This document shows, piece after piece, positions 9,320 to 16,657 of a stretch of 64,000 bases of DNA (position 1 is the first letter of the stretch; each line of letters opens with the position of its first letter). The stretch is from Bdellovibrio sp. ZAP7 (lineage in GTDB: Bacteria; Bdellovibrionota_B; Oligoflexia; Oligoflexales; RGVZ01): assembly GCA_945900755.1 (NCBI GenBank), contig CAMDKS010000013.1:662-64661 (forward strand). The letters are read 5' to 3'. Both the position numbers and the translations under genes were made by a program. The notes below the pieces were generated by a model, which saw only the letters and a program-made list of their open reading frames with translations, searched no databases and was not told where the DNA came from.

Positions 9320-10378
9320 CTATAATGTTGCGGTCACAATTTGATCAGCCAATAAAGCGGCTGTCGTTTCTTGATCATTGGGATTTTTTATCGCCATCGC
9401 AATTCTTAGGGCTAGAGCTCGCAGTTCTGTGATGTCTTTGGGCGGAGCTCCAAACGATGATGAGGCCAGGCCTGCATTTCCAGGGAAACATGGCACCGCC
9501 CTAACATGCATATCTCTAGGATCCAGCACGCCGTAAACGACTCCTACTGCAGCCACAGTCTTGACGCCCTCTTCGGCCACTCGGTCCATCAATTCTCTTG
9601 CCCCCCACGCACAGTGAACGTAGGAAACAAGTTTGCAAAGCATGCCTAAATTATCTAGAACTTTGGATGAATTTTTTCCGTTTACTTCATCAAAAGCTTC
9701 TGCTGAGACGATCAGTGCCGGAAAAACAATATGGCCAAGGAGTGCCGCTACTGCACCCGTGGCCACTGGCCGATTTTTTTCGCAAGTTTGAAAAGATCGA
9801 ACAGCCTCGGTCACAGCGCCGCACCCTTCGTGGCCAAGTGATACGACCAGTCGCATTCTTTTTTCGCGGCTAGGTTCAACAGGTCTTTTTACCTCGCCCG
9901 CTGAATCATGGTGGTCATCGAACACCAGGTGGCGAAGCGCATACTGAATGCTGCCGATGCACTCCTCTGCGACGACGTTGCCGGCAAGCCTGACATTAAA
10001 AATATCGTTAACAAACTCCATACCAAAAATTATTTCTGCGGGTGCCCTAGCATCGACGCAGCCAAGGATCACGGTAAGTGGAAGTTGGACCGGGTATCCA
10101 TGGTCATCAACGGGTTCAAGGCAGATATCAGAATCACTTAACTCAATAATCTGCGAGCCATATTTGAGAGGCTCTCCTCGAGCCGCCTGGCCGCAATCTT
10201 TGATGTAGCGAACAACCTTTAAGTTTCCTTCAATGAGCGTTCTCGCCACGCAAAGCCATTCGGGATCTCCGTTGTTGACATGCGCAGGGTCTCGGGAAGG
10301 GCGATAAAGTGCTGGCGCACGGCCAGGTTGATAGCGGTACGTGTAGTCAACATAGGTTGGTCGATGGCAAACAGTCAT
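9320..10378 (-). CDS. Beta-class carbonic anhydrase
   Basis: Zn ligand motifs GCVDAR (CxDxR) and GHEGCGAV (HxxC), plus FNVRLAGNVV and GSIQYA. Confidence 0.8.
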   Translation of the reverse strand: MTVCHRPTYVDYTYRYQPGRAPALYRPSRDPAHVNNGDPEWLCVARTLIEGNLKVVRYIKDCGQAARGEPLKYGSQIIELSDSDICLEPVDDHGYPVQLPLTVILGCVDARAPAEIIFGMEFVNDIFNVRLAGNVVAEECIGSIQYALRHLVFDDHHDSAGEVKRPVEPSREKRMRLVVSLGHEGCGAVTEAVRSFQTCEKNRPVATGAVAALLGHIVFPALIVSAEAFDEVNGKNSSKVLDNLGMLCKLVSYVHCAWGARELMDRVAEEGVKTVAAVGVVYGVLDPRDMHVRAVPCFPGNAGLASSSFGAPPKDITELRALALRIAMAIKNPNDQETTAALLADQIVTATL

Positions 10379-10580
10379 AGCTAGGCCTCAAAAGCAGGAC
10401 TCTCATAAGTAAGAAACCCTATCCTACCATGGAACACAAATTTTTGAGTTATAAAGTAGACGTTTTAGTGCCTTAGCGTCTGTCGATTTTCTAGGTGGAT
10501 AACTTGTGTGGTTTTTTAGCCATAGGCACATGGGTAACCCTTTATTAAAATTGTATTTTTTGAGTATTGATAATTTATCC

Positions 10581-10608
10581 TCAAGTTTCAATCGTCAAAT
10601 GCCGATAG
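10581..10608 (+). promoter_or_regulatory. Sigma28 (FliA)-type promoter of the trypsin gene
   Basis: TCAAG-N15-GCCGATAG, 30 bp upstream of ATG 10639. Confidence 0.55.
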
Positions 10609-10638
10609 GGGGGGAGATTTTTGGAGGAACTTAATTAT

Positions 10639-11922
10639 ATGAAACAGCATAGCCAATATCGTTCTAGGATTTGGGTAATCCAAACAGCAATAGTCATATC
10701 ATTTGTCGGGTTCGTGGGGTGCCGTGGAGCGAAACCGGATGCTGTTAGTCGTACTAAAATAGATGATGGCGCTTTTATTGATAAGGAGTCAGCCAATAAA
10801 GTTGACGGCGTCTTCTATACGATGACGACGTCGATCGGAGCAAACTCTGGCGGAGCTTGCACGGGTACAGCGGTAAGTACAAATACAGCTATGACGGCGG
10901 CCCACTGTGTCTACGACTCCGGCCAACGCCTTGATGCAAATCATGGACTTTCCGGAAAACAATTTTGCATAAATAATTCAATTTACCAAAAGATTTGCTC
11001 AACTAATATTTTTGTAAATCCTGGATTCCCTGCCAACTCGCAAGACGCGGGTGGTGGACACGACACAGCATTTGTCGTCTTTCCTGAAGGAACATTTAAG
11101 ACTTATTTTGAAATGGCATCATCGGCTCCAGCGATTGGTGATCAAGTCTTACTGATTGGCTACAGTGAGGATCAGCTGACCGAACAGGGGCGGGGGTCAA
11201 AGCGATTTGGTTATACTAAAATAAAGACGTTTGATAATGACGCACAAGGCGACATCATTACCTCGAGTACAGGAAGTTTTAACGGAGTTGCAGTCTCTCC
11301 TGGTGATTCGGGTGGGCCGTTGTTTAATGGCTGTAAAATTACTGGTGTTGCATCAAGAATGGCTGAGAGTGGAAGTGGTAAGTCTAGCATTCACACAAAT
11401 TTAACGCATGCTGTGACCCAAGAGTTTTTAAAAACGACAGCAGCCAAAGTCGGAGGCTATATTTGCGGTGTGTCTGGGATGGACGCAGTGCATTGCCCAA
11501 GCCATGCGAAATTTGAATTAGATCAATCTAAGTGGGAAGATCAAAAAGAAGTTCCTTGCGCAGTGGCAGGTGGAAGTGGATCTAATCCAAATCCAAATCC
11601 AAATCCAAATCCAAATCCAAATCCAAATCCAAATCCAGACCTAAATCCAATTCCGAATCCAATTCCTAGCATTGGTGAGTTATTTGCAGCGATCACCGGT
11701 GATGTCGCATTTGAAGTCGAGATCGCGCCAAAAGGCGATTGGACAAATCTAAAAGTTTGTCTTGGCGGTACAGTAGACATTGCAAAATCTTGTAGTCAAG
11801 TACCAACGGCAACTAAAAACGGTGAACGCTATAAGGTTAACGTGGGTCCCATCGCCAATTCATTCTTTATGCATATTAAATCAGATAAGAGTGAAAAGAC
11901 GTTGAAGTTCACCAAGAAATAG
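10639..11922 (+). CDS. Trypsin-like (S1) serine protease, putative lipoprotein with (NP)n linker and C-terminal domain
   Basis: CTG..TAAHC, HDTA and GDSGGPL triad motifs; lipobox-like FVGC; GGAGG RBS before ATG 10639. Confidence 0.85.
   Translation: MKQHSQYRSRIWVIQTAIVISFVGFVGCRGAKPDAVSRTKIDDGAFIDKESANKVDGVFYTMTTSIGANSGGACTGTAVSTNTAMTAAHCVYDSGQRLDANHGLSGKQFCINNSIYQKICSTNIFVNPGFPANSQDAGGGHDTAFVVFPEGTFKTYFEMASSAPAIGDQVLLIGYSEDQLTEQGRGSKRFGYTKIKTFDNDAQGDIITSSTGSFNGVAVSPGDSGGPLFNGCKITGVASRMAESGSGKSSIHTNLTHAVTQEFLKTTAAKVGGYICGVSGMDAVHCPSHAKFELDQSKWEDQKEVPCAVAGGSGSNPNPNPNPNPNPNPNPNPDLNPIPNPIPSIGELFAAITGDVAFEVEIAPKGDWTNLKVCLGGTVDIAKSCSQVPTATKNGERYKVNVGPIANSFFMHIKSDKSEKTLKFTKK
11584..11637 (+). repeat. 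(AATCCA)9 coding tandem repeat encoding (Asn-Pro)9
   Basis: Nine identical hexamers followed by degenerate DLNPIPNPIP units. Confidence 0.95.
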
Positions 11923-11964
11923 GATTATGTGTTGAACCAAAACTTACTTGATTCCAGCATGTTA

Positions 11965-12036
11965 AATCTAGGTAAGCACAGCTCGTCCAGGACTTCCCAT
12001 TACATGATATCCACAGTCGACGTGTAAAATTTCGCC
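11965..12036. repeat. 72-bp direct repeat, distal copy (duplicate of the fabI 3' end; att-like)
   Basis: AATCTAGGTAAGCACAGCTC...GTAAAATTTCGCC is identical to 12742-12813. Confidence 0.97.
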
Positions 12037-12108
12037 CAGGTGCGAACCCAGACATTCGGGAAATTGGTCGGCCAATGATGGCCGCATCTATTTCCCCCTC
12101 CCTTCCTG

Positions 12109-12137
12109 TTGTCAATGAGAGTTGAATGGAGTATACT
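12109..12137 (+). promoter_or_regulatory. Sigma70 promoter upstream of hicAB
   Basis: TTGTCA-N17-TATACT, followed by the inverted repeat CATCTA-N7-TAGATG at 12154-12172. Confidence 0.55.
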
Positions 12138-12261
12138 GGAGTGCGAGCTTTAACATCTATAGGTATTAGATGGTTGCATACAACACCGAGAAAATATTAA
12201 CGCTGAGGGGGGCTTATGTCAGAACCAAAATGGTTCCTACTGCTAATGAGAGTCCATAAAA

Positions 12262-12459
12262 TTGAAGATTAAAGATATTTTGACTTTAGTCGAAGCGGAT
12301 GGTTGGTATCTAGTCCACACCAAAGGCAGCCATCGTCAATTTAAACATACTTCGAAGGCCGGACGAGTCACTATTGCAGGTAAGCCCAGTGATGATCTGC
12401 CGCCAGGAACATTGAATAGTATTTTGAAGCAAGCGGCCTTAAAACAAGCAAAGAGGTGA
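12262..12459 (+). CDS. hicA: HicA mRNA interferase toxin
   Basis: 65 aa; DGWYLVHTKGSHRQFKH...GRVTIAG....DLPPGTLNSILKQA with the catalytic GSH motif. Confidence 0.92.
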   Translation: MKIKDILTLVEADGWYLVHTKGSHRQFKHTSKAGRVTIAGKPSDDLPPGTLNSILKQAALKQAKR

Positions 12460-12463
12460 AGCT

Positions 12464-12691
12464 GTGTTTAGATTCTTAATCGTTATTGAAAAAGCAAAAA
12501 ATAATTATGCGGCGTATAGCCCCGATTTACCGGGTTGTGTCGCCACAGGCAAAACTCGCGAAGAAGTTGAAAAGAACATGTATGAAGCAATTCAGCTACA
12601 TATCGTTGGCATGAAGGAAGACGGACTGGCGATTCCAAGATCTGAATCATTCGCAGAGTTTTTTGCGATTCCCGAAGTAGTAAATGGGTAG
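12464..12691 (+). CDS. hicB: HicB antitoxin (short form without a DNA-binding domain)
   Basis: YAAYSPDLPGCVATGKTREE..NMYEAIQLHI..MKEDG..IP; 4 bp after hicA. Confidence 0.92.
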   Translation: MFRFLIVIEKAKNNYAAYSPDLPGCVATGKTREEVEKNMYEAIQLHIVGMKEDGLAIPRSESFAEFFAIPEVVNG

Positions 12692-12741
12692 TTTTAGGCT
12701 TCTGAAATACTTACTTTAAGACTGAGTCAGACACATCGATG

Positions 12742-12813
12742 AATCTAGGTAAGCACAGCTCGTCCAGGACTTCCCATTACATGATATCCACAGTCGACGT
12801 GTAAAATTTCGCC
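12742..12813. repeat. 72-bp direct repeat, copy within the fabI 3' end
   Basis: Covers the last 22 codons, the TAG stop and 3 further nt of fabI; identical to 11965-12036. Confidence 0.97.
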
Positions 12814-13548
12814 TGTGGTGGCAGAGGCCATATCGCTAAGAAGAAATCCCGCCGAGCGACCAACTTCCTCATTAGTAATGTTTCGAGCCATTGGCGCCAT
12901 AGCTGAATAAAGATGCAGCATATCGCCTGCACCCACGGCGGAAGATGCGAGAGTTTTGACCGGTCCTGCACTAACAGCATTGACACGAATGCCTTTTGGG
13001 CCGAGATCCCAAGCCAAATACTTGGTTGCAGATTCCAAGGCCGCTTTACAGACTCCCATTAAATTATAGCCGCCTACCACACGTTCACCGCCGTAGTAGG
13101 TCATAGTGGTCATCGCTCCGCCTTTGTCCATCAACGGAACGGCAGCTCGTGCACAGGCGATAAAGCTGTAAACACTAATATCCATGGCAGTGAGAAAACC
13201 CGCTCGGCTGGCATCGATCGTGGCGCAGCGAATATCATCTAAGGGCGCAAACGCAATCGAGTGCACCAGAAAATCGATGGATCCAAACTGTTCGCGAACC
13301 TCGCCGAAAAATCGGGCGATATCCGCATCATTGGCCACGTCACATGGACGCACAAAAGTAATTCCAAGTGGCTCGGCGACACGCATGACGCGGCGAAGCA
13401 TTTTTGCGGGGCCGCCCTCTTTATCGGGCAGGTGACTGAAACCGATTTCAGCACCCTCCTTTTTCAAAAACTCTGCAACACCGGCAGCCAGCGAATGCTC
13501 GTTGGCAACGCCCATTATGATGCCTTTTTTTCCAGTAAAAAGTCCCAT
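12745..13548 (-). CDS. fabI: Enoyl-ACP reductase
   Basis: GKKGIIMGVAN.HSLA, DFLVHSIAFA, YNLMGVCKAALE, GIRVNAVSAGPVKTLA, TGEILHVDCG. Confidence 0.95.
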   Translation of the reverse strand: MGLFTGKKGIIMGVANEHSLAAGVAEFLKKEGAEIGFSHLPDKEGGPAKMLRRVMRVAEPLGITFVRPCDVANDADIARFFGEVREQFGSIDFLVHSIAFAPLDDIRCATIDASRAGFLTAMDISVYSFIACARAAVPLMDKGGAMTTMTYYGGERVVGGYNLMGVCKAALESATKYLAWDLGPKGIRVNAVSAGPVKTLASSAVGAGDMLHLYSAMAPMARNITNEEVGRSAGFLLSDMASATTGEILHVDCGYHVMGSPGRAVLT

Positions 13549-13649
13549 GCGTATGATTCTCCCGTGCCTAATTTAGCTGGCAGCGCTCCAATTTTTCTTA
13601 TCTGCCTGCAAACTAGCGGAGGATGAGCGATAGGACAACCAAAAAAGTA

Positions 13650-16649
13650 TTAAAATAACGCATCGAAGCCAAAAGACCAATATCCCTGCCACGACCGAGT
13701 CAAAACTTGACCAGCCCCGAGTCCGACATTGAAGCGAACTCCTTTATTATCCATGAAAAGATCTAGAGTGTAGCCCTGTGCAGCAATCAAATCTTGTTGG
13801 AGTGGCATTTCATTGCCTCGCCACGCTGTACCATAATTTAGGAAACCACTGATATTAAGTTGATCAATATAGACAAGACTCTTGAACTTGTCGATGTCCT
13901 GTATCAGGGGATGAGTGGCTAGGAGTCGTGCACGAGCTTGATTTTCACCAAAGACTGGGGTGAATAGTCCTTGATCAGGCGTTACAGCAAAGCTTGCTTG
14001 ATTAAAGCCCCCACCAGATCCAGGAATTAATGTTTTAAGGGGTGAATACATTTCTTGAAGGTCTCGACGTTTAGGCCCACGAGTTCTGCTTCCATCTAAT
14101 CCTAATTCTAGGCGACCACTACCGATCTTTGAGCCGGTCGTGACATTTGCTCGCAGAATGTCGTAGTGAAAATCATGATTAATACCTGGAGCTGCGACGG
14201 CGCCTGCCACAGAGGTTGATGCGAAAAGTATTCCACCATTATTAACACTGGCACTCACGCCAACAAAGGTTTCGTTCAGATGCCCCACACGGCGTGCGGG
14301 GCCAATATATTTTTTCAACACAGCCGATTTTAGGCCCCAATTCCATTCCACGGCCAGACGATTCCAAAACTGAACATAGCTACCGTCAAGGTGTGATCCT
14401 TTTTCCTCTAAGTATTTAGAAAGAATAAATCCCGATGGCTGCTCGCGGTACCGTCCGTTGTATGTTTGTGCGCGGTAACCTGAGAGTGACCAAGTTGGCT
14501 TGAAGCGGTTGGAGGTCAAGGTGATTTCTTGATAGGGAAATCGACTGACTGTGCCTAAAAGAAATGTAGCTCGTACGGTTTCATTTTGCATTTCGTCCAT
14601 GAGAGGAACAGTGATTAGACCAATTTGCGGTCCCAGCGGATCATCGCTTGCGATCCACGGGAATGCGAAAATTGGCCGGCCTCGCCAGGCCGCGGGCCTT
14701 GCTTTCGGCGTTGTCACGTCAGCGCTCACGTCAGCGCTTACGTCCGTGGGCACGGGCGCTGCTCCTATAGCCTGGGTGTCCAGAACAGGACTAGCATCGC
14801 GTTTGCCTATCTCCGTTTTATTTTCTGGGCCCGGAGCCATACTCCAAATGCTTGACGACAGAACCGCTTCCGCAAACGTCAGTGGTTTAGGAGATAGCAT
14901 CGCCGCCAACAATGGGGACGTCCGTTCAGAAAGCTGGTGGCACGGCATCACAGGAAATTTAGCAGCATCTAAGCCCCGCGCCACATATCCATCTACGGTA
15001 AAAAGCACGACATAGGGCAAACCTTCGGCGGAGCTAACAATTCTGGCAGGATAATCAGAAATTTCAATCATACCAACGCATGCGTTGTTTCCATCAAGCT
15101 TTAAAATATGACGCCTTGAGCGGTCAGCGGTCAGCATCCACGTCCCGGAATTGGTTGTGGCCATACTGATCGGCCGCCCCCCTACCGGTGATTTAAGAGT
15201 TTTAATCGTATAGGCCGACAAATCGACCTCTAAGATTTCGTTCACGTCACCTTTCAGTGTTTCGGTGTCACGAGCGATCCAAAGAGACGTTGTCGTTTTT
15301 GACGAATCATCATGACGCTCCCCAATCATTCGCAGGTGAGCCGGCATGGTGCCTGTGAGCAGGCAGGTTACATTCGCTTTCTTAAAATTCTGGCGAGGTG
15401 CGCGACAAAGTTTCGAGGATTGAATATAGGTCTCAAGCCACCAGACATCCGTGGTTGTGAGCCAAGGGCCGTCGATCCACTGGCTTTCCCGGGGTAGCCA
15501 CATGACGGGCTGCTTCGTCTCACCCGAAGCTTGTAATCCAATTCGGTAGCTACGCAGATTGGCTTTAGGAAAATAGGAGTTGGTCCAGGCTGTAGCGTTC
15601 GTCGATGTTGCCACTTGCACACTTGCCGAGTCTGCGGGAGGTTTTGTTTTCGAGAGTTTCGAATTCTCAAATTGCCACGACCACGCACTGCTCGTGACCT
15701 CTTTTTCCTCCACTTTACCGGATAGCAGTGGCGCGGTACTAACACCCTTCCAGTAGGTGGTTGCGTCCATTTTGTATTGGGTGTAGAGCTCCTTGCCTGA
15801 TTTTCCAGTCATGGATTTTAAAGCACTATCCATTGGCAAAAAACTGTTGAACGGCATGACCGCCCACGGCCAATACCAAGGCATTGAATCTGAGCGAAAT
15901 GTTTTCAACATCTCTGGAAGTTTCGACGCATCGTGAGTGCGCAAAATCCAGCTCACAAACGAGCCACTCGTTGCATAGCCCCGAAAATTAAATGGGCCGC
16001 TGTTATAAAGACTATGGAGGCGGTCCCAGGTCGGCCAATTATTCGTCAAGGCTTGGTACCTCTCCACACCGGCTTGCTCATCAGAACCAATAGAAACACT
16101 GACAGCCTCCGCCAGCCCCTCAAGAAACCAAGCCTCCATCCACGGCAAATGCAATATTGAACCGGCGGGTCCAAACAAATTATCCAGTTGCCGATACATC
16201 GTGGAGTGCGTGTATTCATGCCATGCGAGGTCGCGACCGCCCTGCCCTAACGTTTGCAATTCAATGGAGTCGGTCACAAAATTTGCAAAAGATGCGTTGT
16301 CACTCATCGCCGACATATTCACGACCAAAGGAGATGATCGCGATACGCCAAACCACCTCTCGACATTTGGCCTCGCCGCTTCTAAGGATCTCATGGCAAG
16401 CTTCGCATCATCTGGGGCCCGGCGATCGTGATACAAAGTGAAATTTTTTGACGACAATTCATCAAATTTAACATCCCCTTGATTGTAGCCGTAGCCAATC
16501 GGGAGCGCTGACGCTCTAGGAATACTGAGCACGTCAATGAGCAGCGAGAAACCAACGGCACCCCACATATAGATCGTAACGATACGAGCAGCCCCGCTTC
16601 GACCCCTAAAGGTTTCCAATGTCATTAAATACTTAAGGGGATTTCGCAT
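13650..16649 (-). CDS. Outer-membrane protein with an N-terminal gluzincin peptidase-like domain, a probable beta-propeller and a C-terminal beta-barrel
   Basis: HEYTH plus WFLEGLAE Zn motifs; signal-like N-terminus; amphipathic strands ending in YWSFGFDALF (terminal Phe). Confidence 0.6.
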   Translation of the reverse strand: MRNPLKYLMTLETFRGRSGAARIVTIYMWGAVGFSLLIDVLSIPRASALPIGYGYNQGDVKFDELSSKNFTLYHDRRAPDDAKLAMRSLEAARPNVERWFGVSRSSPLVVNMSAMSDNASFANFVTDSIELQTLGQGGRDLAWHEYTHSTMYRQLDNLFGPAGSILHLPWMEAWFLEGLAEAVSVSIGSDEQAGVERYQALTNNWPTWDRLHSLYNSGPFNFRGYATSGSFVSWILRTHDASKLPEMLKTFRSDSMPWYWPWAVMPFNSFLPMDSALKSMTGKSGKELYTQYKMDATTYWKGVSTAPLLSGKVEEKEVTSSAWSWQFENSKLSKTKPPADSASVQVATSTNATAWTNSYFPKANLRSYRIGLQASGETKQPVMWLPRESQWIDGPWLTTTDVWWLETYIQSSKLCRAPRQNFKKANVTCLLTGTMPAHLRMIGERHDDSSKTTTSLWIARDTETLKGDVNEILEVDLSAYTIKTLKSPVGGRPISMATTNSGTWMLTADRSRRHILKLDGNNACVGMIEISDYPARIVSSAEGLPYVVLFTVDGYVARGLDAAKFPVMPCHQLSERTSPLLAAMLSPKPLTFAEAVLSSSIWSMAPGPENKTEIGKRDASPVLDTQAIGAAPVPTDVSADVSADVTTPKARPAAWRGRPIFAFPWIASDDPLGPQIGLITVPLMDEMQNETVRATFLLGTVSRFPYQEITLTSNRFKPTWSLSGYRAQTYNGRYREQPSGFILSKYLEEKGSHLDGSYVQFWNRLAVEWNWGLKSAVLKKYIGPARRVGHLNETFVGVSASVNNGGILFASTSVAGAVAAPGINHDFHYDILRANVTTGSKIGSGRLELGLDGSRTRGPKRRDLQEMYSPLKTLIPGSGGGFNQASFAVTPDQGLFTPVFGENQARARLLATHPLIQDIDKFKSLVYIDQLNISGFLNYGTAWRGNEMPLQQDLIAAQGYTLDLFMDNKGVRFNVGLGAGQVLTRSWQGYWSFGFDALF

Positions 16650-16657
16650 AGTCCGGC

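Larger units (their letters stand above)
11965..12813. mobile_element. Minimal att-flanked islet carrying hicAB, inserted at the fabI 3' end
   Basis: A 705-bp insert between two perfect 72-bp repeats, containing a promoter and hicAB but no recombinase. Confidence 0.65.

Noticed and set aside
10608-10614. G7 run upstream of the trypsin gene as a phase-variable tract
   Set aside because: Too short for high-frequency slippage and it lies downstream of the putative -10 element.
12037-12060. CAGGTGCGAACCCAG resembling a tRNA T-arm next to the att-like repeat
   Set aside because: It lacks the TTC of the T-loop, the stem pairs poorly and no cloverleaf can be built.
11909-12115. 68-aa minus-strand ORF across the distal repeat
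   Set aside because: It crosses the duplicated fabI sequence in a different frame, has no RBS and overlaps the protease stop; a by-product of the duplication.
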